Source of the DNA: Candidatus Poribacteria bacterium
Lineage (GTDB): Bacteria; Poribacteria; WGA-4E; PCPOR2b
Reading direction: 5' to 3'
DNA length: 64,000 nt
Assembly: GCA_965208325.1 (NCBI GenBank)
Contig: OZ242326.1
Span: forward strand, 3,040,001-3,104,000
The notes under the pieces are model-generated. The model had not been told where the DNA came from and did not search any database. It was given only the letters and a program-made list of their open reading frames with translations. This document shows, one piece after another, positions 49,390-59,377 of the stretch. Within the stretch, counting starts at the first letter, position 1; each line of letters begins with the position of its first letter. A program made the translations under genes and the position numbers.

Positions 49390-52300
49390 TCACTGAAATT
49401 CGCCGCGCACCGTCACGGAACTCGCAATTGATAAGAAATCCCGCCCCTCCTCGACATGGTCGTTGTTATAGCTGAGGCCGAGGTTCAAATTCGCAGTCAG
49501 GCGGGTGCTTAGGTTGTACCGCGTTCGTAACGTCGTCTCGTATCGTTCCGATCTCTCCTCCCGATTCTTGCCATAGTTCTCCCGGCGGATAACCGTAGAC
49601 AACGTATTCGTGAGATCCAAATCGTGCTTGAGAGGGATTCGCCCGAGAATCGGTATTGGAAGACCTCCCTCTAAACGCAGCTTGTAATCAATGCTGAGAT
49701 TCGGCGTGATTATCAACGCCGAACTGTCAATTCCGCCGCCGCGTACCTGGTCTCGCATTGTCATGCGCACACCGAGCGCGCCCCTCGTTGAAGCACCCAG
49801 CGACTGGCTCCAACTGACGGACGGTTCTTGTGAGACACTCTCGTTAATAGTTGTATTGATGTTACTCTGATCCCGCTGCGTATGCCGGTATCTTAGCTGA
49901 AAGCTGGAGTTGGCATTAAACAGCTTGAGATTTCCTTCGTAGCTTACGGTTAGGTTGTCAGACGAAGTGCTTAGCGATTTCGTAAAACCCTTGCTCCGGG
50001 AGACGTTTGTGCCGAGCGACACCCATGACCATGGATCGACCGAAGTGCGAAATCCATACCGGTTTCGCTGCCGAGATTGGCTGCGCTCCGGTGTGTCGGC
50101 TGGTAGTTCCAGAATATCTCGAATTGAGGTTCCCGGTGCCAGTCGCTGAAGGGAGTCTTGCGTATCAAAACTAACATCAGCGTTTAACGCAAGACTCTCC
50201 ATGCTTCGACGAAGTAGACCGAATTGGCCATCACCCTGTTTGCCCTGCCTCTCCTTCAGCTTGCGCTCTAGTTCAGCTTTGTCTCGGGAAATCCAATCTC
50301 CCCTTTGGCTCTCTGCCTCTTCGAGCATGTCCATATCAACGTCCATACGCTCCAGCCGATCCAGCTCGCGTTGCCGTTTCTCTTCGAGTTGTATTTCTTC
50401 TTCAAAGCTGTCGAGTGTCTCTTGGCTTTTGTCCTTCAAATCTATCGCCTTCTCTGTTTGTTTAGAACCATGGAAGTCTATCGCACTCCCTATTCGTTCG
50501 CTTGATCCCTCCCTATTCGGTCTGTCGATCCCGTCCCCAATCGTATCAGTATTCGGCTCTCGGAACAGCCATCCAAACCATACTCTTGGGCGCATGCTAA
50601 GCCCAAAGCGTATATTCGCGTTGATTCGGGCGTTCTTCTGGTCGCGAAACCAGTCTTCACGGAAACTGATGCGGTTGCTGATTGTTGGACGAACGCCAAA
50701 AAAATCGCGGTTCAAACGCGGGTTCAAAGACAGCCGATGTTCACGGCCGCCGATGGTAAACTCCGATTTGGTTTCGGTTGACTCAGGTTCATCCGTAACG
50801 GTTAGGTCGGTTGTTACCGGCGTTGTTTGGAACGGTGTTCCAAAACTAGCCGAACCGAATCCACTTGAGCGATTCAGATTATCGTCGCGCCTTTCGAGCG
50901 TACGGCTAACCTCGTATGTCGGATTCAGGCTAAAACTTGCAACCGGACTGATATTGATTGAAATCGAACCGCTGTCAACTTTCTCGTCTCGGTTACGCCC
51001 ATAACCATAACCAAAAGATGAAAAACTGCTGCCGCCAGACTCTGTTGCCGTTAATGGATCGACCTCAACATCTTCGTGTCGGTACTGCACATCAAGCCCA
51101 AAGATTTGGCCAAGTCCGTATCGGAATGTGGATGTGTAGAGATTGCTAACCTCAGTCCCCTGGCGTTCGTTCCAGAAATTCTGTCGATTGTATGCAAAAC
51201 CTAAGGCAGGCACGAATCGGTGCGGACTAAAGCGCGCAGACAGATCACGGTTATGCGTTCTGCTTTTCCCGCTTTGAAAGGTGCTAAATGATCCGCGGCG
51301 GCTCTCCGTCTCAGATTCCTGTTCGCGGATGGAGTAGGTAATTGGCAGCCAGCGGAAAAGATGAAGATCGGCATCAACATTGTAATCGTTGCTGGTGGTG
51401 CTAAACCCTAGATCCTGCCGGCGTTGACGCCCTGTTTGTCCGGATGAACTTTCAAAATCCTTGTCCTGTCTTGCAAATCCGCCGCGGACACTGAGAAAAG
51501 GGCCAAGTTCTATAGACATGTTGGCGCGCCGCGCCCAGCCCGACCGTACAAGCGGATCACTCAAGTGGATTTCGTTTACCCAAACTTCCCCGCCAACCTC
51601 ATATTCCGTGTCGTTGCGAATGCCGACCAAAATTCCGCCAATGCTCTTAATTGAGAGTTGCGTACTGTTTGTACCACGGACGGCAAACCCATCCGGATGG
51701 CCGTCGGTTTCGTTTGTATCGACCGGCTCATTCATCTCCCCCTCAATGGTGTCAAGTGATTCTTCCTCCTGTGCCGCAGGTAGGTTTAAATCTGGGTACT
51801 CATTCCGTTTCACATCCTCCAGATCGATTTCTATCAGCTCCCATCCCTCAAAATCAATCACGCGCGTATATTCATAAAAGTCGTTAAGATTCTCAAAGAT
51901 ATTCACCCCTTCCTCCGGTTCCCGACTCGGTTCATCAAAGGACCCCGATGAATAAAAGGACGATCGGTAATTGGTGCGAATGCTCGGCGCCAGCCGCATC
52001 ACAAACGTGGAGTAACTCTTGTCGCCGTAAATCCACAGCTTGAGTTTATCATGTTTTGAGAAATCTTGGCCCTCGCCCTGCCGAAGACCCCGCAACTTTT
52101 GCGAAGTAACCCCGAAAGAACCCGGTAGTAAATTGTAGGTTAAAGTCAGCGTTTGTTCGCGCTGTTCCTGTTGGAATCCAAAAACACTGCTCGAAACAAA
52201 CGGATGGAGTTTCTTAAATGCCTTGTTGTCTTTAATCTGGTCGTAGGCATCTTGATAATCATCAAAGTTATAGTTGTCTTTCGTGGCAACAGTAAACACT

Positions 52301-55300
52301 TCTGCCGTCTCAGTTACAACGTTTCCCTGCTGAGTGACAACACCCTGTTGCCATTGGTTTCCTACGAGCTCGATTGAAGCCCACTCAAAAGCCCCATTAA
52401 CAGTGCCGGGGCGGTTCTTCCGCAGCCAAAAACGCAGGTGTTGCACAAACCCCAAGTTTGGGAGACGGCTACCCGCAGACGCCGCTTCCCGCAGCGGAAT
52501 GCTCAGGAATGTCCAACCGCTCTGGTTACGTTTCTTGACCCACTCCTCCGGAATATCGTTCAAGGGGATGGCAATCTCAAGGTAGGCGTCGATTGTGTCC
52601 AGAACCCCGTCGCCGTTCAAATCTTCAGTATCGAACTCTTTATTGTCCGCGCCAACCCGCCTCGGCTGGAGAGTAGCATTGTAATCCCATCCTTCATCTT
52701 CGCCGGTATCTAGCGACCCATTCGCACTGAATTTCTGAGAAGGGGGTAAATTTTCCAAATCTAGGTCAAGCGTATCAACTTTCCCGTCCCCGTTAGTATC
52801 TTCCAGACTCTTCGGAAGGTCTTCGGAATCAAGTCGGTTGTCAAAATCGCTGTCCTCGCTGACAACACCGAGATCGAGATATAACGTAACATCATCATCG
52901 CCGCGCACACGCAACCAAATTTCTAACGCCTCTCGATCGGAAAAATCAGCCCCAGAAGCTGATAGTCCATAAGAAAATCCACCCCATTCTTCAATGACAT
53001 CCGTAAAATCATACCCGACCTCCATCACAAGACGCTGCTCCGTCGATAGTGCGAAAGGGTTAATGGAGGATGCCGGTACGTCACGGTTCCGCATGTAATT
53101 GCCGACAGCCTTGGAATCGTCTTTATCTCTTAGCAGGACGCGAAAGAGCGCGCGATTCTCCGGTGTCAATTCCTCTATGAAGGGCGGACTGCAAACCCGC
53201 CAACTATGCTTAAACGTAGACACGCTTGTCGCCTCTCTCGCGCCTTCCATGCTATCAATTAACGCGACTCCTACGCTGTTGGGGTTGTTATGGGAGAATG
53301 CTGTCTCGCCGCTGAAATCAATCGACAGTGGAAAGTGCTTCACGGTAACAAAAGGCATTGGATTGAACAGCCATGCAAGGTTGAAGCTACGCCCGAAGCT
53401 CGTATTGACGTTGAAAGCTTGCAGACGATTCGGCGCATCGTTCACATCAGGAATACGGCTCGGCTTCTGCCCTGTATTCAGAATATAGCCCGTTGACAGG
53501 CTAAATCCCTTTCGGAATACCGGGTTAAAATACGAACTTGCGCCCGTGTAAAGCCGCCGCCGGGAACGTCCGCCCAAGCTTGAGTAATCGCTGCCAAATC
53601 CGCCTCCAAAACCGCCGCGACCGAATTGATTGCCAAAACCGCCAAAGGAGGTTCCCTTCCCAAAGCTATTGCTCTCTTCGCGTCTATCAAGACCGCCGCC
53701 TAACCGGTCAAATCGATTAGATTGATCTTCCTCGGCGGGCGTCTTCGACTTGGGAACGTAAGCGTATTCCAACCATACGCCAGCGACGGTTTGCTGCAAC
53801 GCGCTGCCGAAAGGCGTGCGCTCAAATTCAACCTCGATCTCGTCATATTCATCAAGCTTGGTAAAGAAGCGCAGGCTCCCCACCTCATAAATCATTGTGT
53901 AATCAATATCACGCTGTAGCAGCCGATTGTTAAGGCGCACCTTTTCGCTGCCGGGAATCACAAAGAGACCCACGTTGTAAGTTTCGGATTGGTAGGCGTA
54001 GTCGCACACTATTGTGTACACCTGATCACTGGGACGCGGGTTTTCGAGGTAAATCAGTTCGTTGTTCAGTTGCTCACGGAACGGGTAGTACGGGCTTGCC
54101 GGTTCTTCGATTACAAACGGCCGCAAGCTGGGAAAGATTAGAAGGCCGCGGTCAAAATCAATAAACTCCGGATCTACAACACCATCCCCGTTCCTGTCTA
54201 GTCCAAAGATTTGAATATAAGGAGTCGGTCCGTCAGGTGTATCGAACGCTTCACTGCCGCCCTGCTGCCAGATTGCAATCTGATAATCGCGAGGGTTGAT
54301 ATTTCGGTTGCCGAGGCTGTACACACGGCGCGCTTCAGTGCCGCGCAAACTTTTTTCTTTGAGGACGACGTAACCAACTTCTTCGCCCTCTTCATCAATC
54401 GAACCATCGCCGTTTTCATCTTCAAAGACATTACCCGGTTTCCCTACAACGCCTCCGCCATCCCCTAGATACTCATAGGCAACGACAATTCGGTAACTTG
54501 GTGAAATTTGCGTTAGGAATTCAATCTCTCCAGTTTCATAATCGATGTTATAGTCCTGGCCCGGGAATTGGAGGTTGAAATATCCCTGCACCGTCCGCTG
54601 GCCGCCTTGATTGTTGCCCGCAACGTTATCATCAATGTAAATTTCTTCGCTCCCTTTTTTTATTGGAGGATAGGAGCCGTGGAGGAGGCCGTCTTCTCCC
54701 AGTGAGATTGAGTAGAAACGCTCTTTTACGTAGTTTGCATCCGGAATCTGAACGCCTCCGCCATACCCCGAACCCGCACGCCTTGATTGTCCGCTGAAGC
54801 GGCGTGTCTCGGATATGCCTTTGCTGCGTGAACCAAACGCCGTCATTTTGACATCACCCAACGCCGCCACAGCTTCGAGCCCGAATAAATTCCGGTTGAC
54901 GTTCAGGAAACGAGTGTTTGGCAAATTCAGCGTAATATCGCCGAAAGAGAGTGTTTTGAGGATGCTGTCGTGTCCGCCCTCGTACCACACGCGAATTTTC
55001 TGTTCCTTTGCACCGCCGAATCCGCCGCTGTAGCCTCCATAGCCGCCATAACCGCCACCGAATGCATCACCGGAATCGCTATAATCAACCTCGACGTGTG
55101 TATGTTCCCCGACTCGACCGTGCAGGCCGACTTGAAGGGTTTGTCGGATAGTCGGTCCGGAGGCGCGGGGTACACCCCCAAAACGGGTCGTTCCAAAACC
55201 CCCGCCGAACCCACTGCCGTAACCGCCGCCGTAGCCGGTACTCCCATAGCCTCCGCCGAACCCACCCCCGAAATCGTCATAGCTGTCGTAGCCGTAAGAA

Positions 55301-55956
55301 GAGGTCAGTCCGAGATCCAGCCCAGAACCGAAACCGCCCTGGTACCCGCCCCCGAAGCGGTTAATGTCGCCCTGGCCGAAGTAGTGCGTATGATTCATTT
55401 CAACAGTTACCGATTTGTGTCCTGTAATCTGCAAAGTAGAATTCAGAGGCAGTACCAACCCTTTCTCTTCCTTTCCTGGCTCGTCATCGCGCAGTCGGTA
55501 CAAATCTCGAGGTTTAATCGCGAAGGGAGAATCCTTCCACCGCCGCAGCGCTTCAAGGTATGGCGTCACCATCTCTAGGGACGGATCTTCTTCCGGTGTG
55601 GACTCGAGTCCTGTATCCACTTTCCATGGATCGGCCCATTTTTTGCGCGGGGTTTTATGCTTTCTGAAAAAATCGAGAGCGGGCGCCTTACTTTCCGAAG
55701 ATGATTCAAATTTCTGCTTCACCGACTCATCAGAATCCTCTTCTACAAAGGTCTGTGAAGTGCCCTCAGATGCCTCCGCTCTGTCCTTTGGCGGCACCGT
55801 TCGGAGTTCCAAATAGCGATGGGTTAAGGCAGCATCTTTGCGGACAGGTTCCGCCTGGACGCGGGTGATAGAAGAGATAATTAAAATCACTCCGGAAGCG
55901 ATAAGCGTGAAGCGCGGAACGGAACGTACCGTGATGGGATTTGTTTTAGACTTCAT
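49390..55956 (-). CDS. sprA: SprA/Sov-like giant outer-membrane translocon (T9SS-like)
   Basis: Signal peptide; blocks recalled from SprA: YEG..DSILKTLSFGDITLNLP..LFG, SEKV..N..LLQRDIDYTMIYEVG, IDSMEG, EDLNGDG.LD, GEVWVNEIHL..GWA; long C-terminal beta-strand run ending EFQ. Confidence 0.78.
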   Translation of the reverse strand: MKSKTNPITVRSVPRFTLIASGVILIISSITRVQAEPVRKDAALTHRYLELRTVPPKDRAEASEGTSQTFVEEDSDESVKQKFESSSESKAPALDFFRKHKTPRKKWADPWKVDTGLESTPEEDPSLEMVTPYLEALRRWKDSPFAIKPRDLYRLRDDEPGKEEKGLVLPLNSTLQITGHKSVTVEMNHTHYFGQGDINRFGGGYQGGFGSGLDLGLTSSYGYDSYDDFGGGFGGGYGSTGYGGGYGSGFGGGFGTTRFGGVPRASGPTIRQTLQVGLHGRVGEHTHVEVDYSDSGDAFGGGYGGYGGYSGGFGGAKEQKIRVWYEGGHDSILKTLSFGDITLNLPNTRFLNVNRNLFGLEAVAALGDVKMTAFGSRSKGISETRRFSGQSRRAGSGYGGGVQIPDANYVKERFYSISLGEDGLLHGSYPPIKKGSEEIYIDDNVAGNNQGGQRTVQGYFNLQFPGQDYNIDYETGEIEFLTQISPSYRIVVAYEYLGDGGGVVGKPGNVFEDENGDGSIDEEGEEVGYVVLKEKSLRGTEARRVYSLGNRNINPRDYQIAIWQQGGSEAFDTPDGPTPYIQIFGLDRNGDGVVDPEFIDFDRGLLIFPSLRPFVIEEPASPYYPFREQLNNELIYLENPRPSDQVYTIVCDYAYQSETYNVGLFVIPGSEKVRLNNRLLQRDIDYTMIYEVGSLRFFTKLDEYDEIEVEFERTPFGSALQQTVAGVWLEYAYVPKSKTPAEEDQSNRFDRLGGGLDRREESNSFGKGTSFGGFGNQFGRGGFGGGFGSDYSSLGGRSRRRLYTGASSYFNPVFRKGFSLSTGYILNTGQKPSRIPDVNDAPNRLQAFNVNTSFGRSFNLAWLFNPMPFVTVKHFPLSIDFSGETAFSHNNPNSVGVALIDSMEGAREATSVSTFKHSWRVCSPPFIEELTPENRALFRVLLRDKDDSKAVGNYMRNRDVPASSINPFALSTEQRLVMEVGYDFTDVIEEWGGFSYGLSASGADFSDREALEIWLRVRGDDDVTLYLDLGVVSEDSDFDNRLDSEDLPKSLEDTNGDGKVDTLDLDLENLPPSQKFSANGSLDTGEDEGWDYNATLQPRRVGADNKEFDTEDLNGDGVLDTIDAYLEIAIPLNDIPEEWVKKRNQSGWTFLSIPLREAASAGSRLPNLGFVQHLRFWLRKNRPGTVNGAFEWASIELVGNQWQQGVVTQQGNVVTETAEVFTVATKDNYNFDDYQDAYDQIKDNKAFKKLHPFVSSSVFGFQQEQREQTLTLTYNLLPGSFGVTSQKLRGLRQGEGQDFSKHDKLKLWIYGDKSYSTFVMRLAPSIRTNYRSSFYSSGSFDEPSREPEEGVNIFENLNDFYEYTRVIDFEGWELIEIDLEDVKRNEYPDLNLPAAQEEESLDTIEGEMNEPVDTNETDGHPDGFAVRGTNSTQLSIKSIGGILVGIRNDTEYEVGGEVWVNEIHLSDPLVRSGWARRANMSIELGPFLSVRGGFARQDKDFESSSGQTGRQRRQDLGFSTTSNDYNVDADLHLFRWLPITYSIREQESETESRRGSFSTFQSGKSRTHNRDLSARFSPHRFVPALGFAYNRQNFWNERQGTEVSNLYTSTFRYGLGQIFGLDVQYRHEDVEVDPLTATESGGSSFSSFGYGYGRNRDEKVDSGSISINISPVASFSLNPTYEVSRTLERRDDNLNRSSGFGSASFGTPFQTTPVTTDLTVTDEPESTETKSEFTIGGREHRLSLNPRLNRDFFGVRPTISNRISFREDWFRDQKNARINANIRFGLSMRPRVWFGWLFREPNTDTIGDGIDRPNREGSSERIGSAIDFHGSKQTEKAIDLKDKSQETLDSFEEEIQLEEKRQRELDRLERMDVDMDMLEEAESQRGDWISRDKAELERKLKERQGKQGDGQFGLLRRSMESLALNADVSFDTQDSLQRLAPGTSIRDILELPADTPERSQSRQRNRYGFRTSVDPWSWVSLGTNVSRSKGFTKSLSTSSDNLTVSYEGNLKLFNANSSFQLRYRHTQRDQSNINTTINESVSQEPSVSWSQSLGASTRGALGVRMTMRDQVRGGGIDSSALIITPNLSIDYKLRLEGGLPIPILGRIPLKHDLDLTNTLSTVIRRENYGKNREERSERYETTLRTRYNLSTRLTANLNLGLSYNNDHVEEGRDFLSIASSVTVRGEFQ

Positions 55957-56195
55957 AGAATCTGGGAATGGAACACGTCGTTAGTTTGTAACCACGGTTC
56001 TAAATGAATTGATAACGATAAGGCTAGGGATTAAACGGGAAAACGAAAAGGCTAGTTTACCGCGGGAATGGAAGATTGGGAGGTGAGTGAGGCAATCTTG
56101 CCCTTCTTGATGCCTTTAAGCGAATATGGTAGAATCCTCAGGTGGTTTTTGTGTACAGAATCCGAATCAAGACTAAAGAAAATACATAATCAAGC

Positions 56196-56223
56196 GAACC
56201 ATTCCCTCTTGAGATCCGCCTAA
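56196..56223 (+). promoter_or_regulatory. Possible ECF auto-promoter
   Basis: GAACC-N16-CGCCTAA about 20 nt before the ECF start. Confidence 0.4.
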
Positions 56224-56244
56224 TAACGTGAAGAGATTTTAACA

Positions 56245-57918
56245 ATGAGTCGAATCCCAGACAGAGAACTGATTAAACGGAGTATTGATGGTGACAGCCA
56301 AGCTTTCTCGATCCTGATAAAACGCATTGAGACGCCGCTGGTGAAACTTGTCAAATCCAAAATCCCTGACACTGCATCTGCCGAGGACATTTTACAAGAA
56401 GTTCTTTTGGATGTGTGGCAAGGTTTAAAGGGACTTCGGGACCCGGACAGGTGGGCTGCATGGGTCATGCAGATTGCTCGGAACCGATGCCATGATTTCT
56501 TCCGGTTAGCTCAGCGTCGAGAAGCGCCCATGGCGAATAGCGATCTTGAACCCATCCTCAATAGACGAAGCCAACACGGCAGCTTTCAGGCTGATCTGCT
56601 TGATACTGTGCTCCAAACCCTGTCCCATGCGCCGCCGGATCATGTCGAAGCCGCTCACCTATTCTATCTCGAAGGTTTAACCATAAGACAAATTGCAGTG
56701 CAGTTGGGAAAGCCGGAAGGAACAATCAAGCGATGGCTTTCACACACCCGTAGTTTTGTTAGGAATCGCCTCGGATTGAGGCAGATGAGAATCGAAAGGA
56801 GGAAGACCATGACTTCCGCTAGCCCTTTAACCGGCAACTACCCTCAACAGAACACCCTCTGTTTACCGCCCGGCGCCGTCGCCCGGTTCGGCAAATACGG
56901 AAAGGATCAACCAGTTCAACACTCTCAAGAGATTAACCGTTGGATTGCCGCTTTTTCACGCAATGGGAAACACCTCGCCGGTCTCGACACAGACTACTCC
57001 CTGACGCTGTGGGATATTGAAAACGGGAAAAAAATCCGGACATTCGAGCAGGTGACAGGGCATAGTTTGCATGTTAATTTATGCCGAGGGGAAACTGTAA
57101 CCTGCTCATCCGATGGGCGCTTTCTGGTTATCAGTTTTTTTACAACCGGCGGGCAAGAAACAGTCAGATTGTGGAATGAGGGGGCTATCGCGGACTTCAC
57201 GCCGGAACAACCTGTATTTGCTGCGGCGGTATCACCGGATGGCCAACACATGGCAACTGGCGGCTGGGATAGAACAGTCACACTCTGGAATGTGGAAACC
57301 CAAACTGTCTATCGATCTCTGACAGGTCATACCGGCGAAATCTATGTGCTTGCGTTTTCGCCCGATGGAAAATTTCTAGTAAGTGGAGGAGCGGACAATT
57401 GGATAGAACATCCAGAGAGTGTAACTAGAAACACAGACGGTGAACTTGTGTTTATAATGAAAGAGGGTAAATCTCATTTTTTTACCCCTGATGAGAACCA
57501 TATTGACAAAACCGCCCGAGTTTGGGAGGTCGCCACGGGCAAAAATATTGCCACGCTCGAAAACCCGTCCCAGGTTAGAGCGGTTGCGTTTTCACCTGAT
57601 GGACATCACGTCGCAGCCGCTTCAAATGAACATGTTAATCTATGGCATACAGGGACATGGCAAAATATAGCGGCTCTCGATGTCAGAAAGGTTTCGTATA
57701 TTGCGTTTTCGCCGGACGGCTCCCGCCTCGCCACCGGCGGAACTTTGCCGGAGCAAACCATTAGGCTGTGGGATGTAGAATCTGGGAACCTCGTTGCTGA
57801 ATTTTCAGGACATAATAGCCAAGTTGAATCGCTCGCCTTTTCCCCCGATGGCCGTCTGCTTGCAAGCGGCAGTTTTGACCGCTCTATCTTGCTGTGGGAT
57901 GTCACACCGTACTCCTAA
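56245..57918 (+). CDS. ECF sigma factor fused to a WD40 propeller
   Basis: sigma2 (AEDILQE, W..QIARN), sigma4 (EGLTIRQIA..LG..EGTIKRWL), then LPPGAVARFG and WD40 repeats. Confidence 0.9.
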   Translation: MSRIPDRELIKRSIDGDSQAFSILIKRIETPLVKLVKSKIPDTASAEDILQEVLLDVWQGLKGLRDPDRWAAWVMQIARNRCHDFFRLAQRREAPMANSDLEPILNRRSQHGSFQADLLDTVLQTLSHAPPDHVEAAHLFYLEGLTIRQIAVQLGKPEGTIKRWLSHTRSFVRNRLGLRQMRIERRKTMTSASPLTGNYPQQNTLCLPPGAVARFGKYGKDQPVQHSQEINRWIAAFSRNGKHLAGLDTDYSLTLWDIENGKKIRTFEQVTGHSLHVNLCRGETVTCSSDGRFLVISFFTTGGQETVRLWNEGAIADFTPEQPVFAAAVSPDGQHMATGGWDRTVTLWNVETQTVYRSLTGHTGEIYVLAFSPDGKFLVSGGADNWIEHPESVTRNTDGELVFIMKEGKSHFFTPDENHIDKTARVWEVATGKNIATLENPSQVRAVAFSPDGHHVAAASNEHVNLWHTGTWQNIAALDVRKVSYIAFSPDGSRLATGGTLPEQTIRLWDVESGNLVAEFSGHNSQVESLAFSPDGRLLASGSFDRSILLWDVTPYS

Positions 57919-58017
57919 CATGGACAACTTCACGCCTGCCCGGAGTCCAGCCGAGATATGACAATTGGGCACACCCGCTTTTTGGAAAACTGTTTTGCAC
58001 GGAAAATCAACCTCATA

Positions 58018-59238
58018 ATGAGTTGTATCTCAGACAGAGAACTGATTAAACAGAGTATTGACGGTGACAGCCAAGCTTTCTCGATCCTGATAAAACGCGT
58101 TGAAGCGCCGCCGAATTATGCCGAAGCCGCTCACCTATTCTATCTCGAAGGCTTGACCATCAGACAAATTGCGGTACGGTTGGGGAAGCCGGAAGGAACC
58201 ATCAAGCGATGGCTTTCCCACACCCGTAGTTTTGTTAGGAGCCGCCTAGGATTGAGGCAGATTAGAACCGAAAGGAGGAAGATTATGACTTCCGATGCGC
58301 ACGAATCCGAATATTACCAACGTCGAGCGCTACGCGATATCGCCGCCTGCCGCGAAGACGGGGCAGCGTCGCTCAACCTGAAAAATCCCGTTGGGTCAAA
58401 AGAACTCCCCAGTGAGGTGTGGACACTGACTCAGTTGAAAGATCTCTCGCTGTGGTGGAACAATCTTGAGAGCATCTCAGAGGAAATCGGAAGATTGAAG
58501 CACCTGGAAAGTCTTTATGTAGAGAGTGACCAACTCAAACAGTTGCCAAACCAGATTGTTTCCCTGTCACGCTTGAGGCATCTGGAAGTTATTGGCGGCC
58601 AAATGACTGAATTGCCGGCGGACTTCTGCCGTCTTAGTGCATTACGGACGGTTATTTTCCAGCGCACGCAACTCCAGGAATTGCCCGCCAGCTTTGGGGA
58701 TTTAAACCGCCTTGAAGTCGCTGAGATGGACAATAACCAGTTTAGTAAGTTACCGGACGAATTGAGCGGATTGACCAATCTCCGCGTGTTAACGCTGCAA
58801 AGCCACCAGCTTTCGGTGTTACCCAAAACATTAGGTCAGCTCTCCGCTATGGAAGAACTGTATCTTGACTACAACCACTTAGATAGCTTACCCGAGGAAA
58901 TTTGTAATCTTCGAAACCTTGAGACGCTAGCCATAGCGAATAACCAAATTCACTCGCTGCCGCCGTGCATAGGCAATTTTTCCAAGCTACAGTATCTTTT
59001 CGTAGAGTCAAATCAGCTCGCGAATATTCCACGAGAAATTGGGCAACTTACCGAATTACGGGAGTTGGCGTTGAGTAACAATCAGTTAACTTCCTTACCT
59101 AAAGCGCTTGCAGACCTCCCAAACTTGCAAATTTTAAAACTCCACGACAATCCCCTGCCTGACCGGTTGATTCAGGCAGCGGAAAACGGAATTGATGAGT
59201 TTCGTCGGGCGGTCGCGGAGGTCACCTGTCAAGTTTAA
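58018..59238 (+). CDS. sigma4-only (sigma2-deleted) ECF remnant fused to leucine-rich repeats
   Basis: N-terminus nearly identical to the 56245 gene minus 99 aa; ~11 LxxLxLxxNxLxxLP repeats. Confidence 0.87.
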   Translation: MSCISDRELIKQSIDGDSQAFSILIKRVEAPPNYAEAAHLFYLEGLTIRQIAVRLGKPEGTIKRWLSHTRSFVRSRLGLRQIRTERRKIMTSDAHESEYYQRRALRDIAACREDGAASLNLKNPVGSKELPSEVWTLTQLKDLSLWWNNLESISEEIGRLKHLESLYVESDQLKQLPNQIVSLSRLRHLEVIGGQMTELPADFCRLSALRTVIFQRTQLQELPASFGDLNRLEVAEMDNNQFSKLPDELSGLTNLRVLTLQSHQLSVLPKTLGQLSAMEELYLDYNHLDSLPEEICNLRNLETLAIANNQIHSLPPCIGNFSKLQYLFVESNQLANIPREIGQLTELRELALSNNQLTSLPKALADLPNLQILKLHDNPLPDRLIQAAENGIDEFRRAVAEVTCQV

Positions 59239-59377
59239 CTGAATCGTAGAGCAATAAATCAATAAGTTTTCAACTATTCGAATTTGGGAATTCGTGCTAT
59301 AATCTATGAAGTGTGCGTCCTTGTGCAAATGATGTAAGCGGGGAACGAGTATAGTTCGCCGATAATATCTACTGCTA

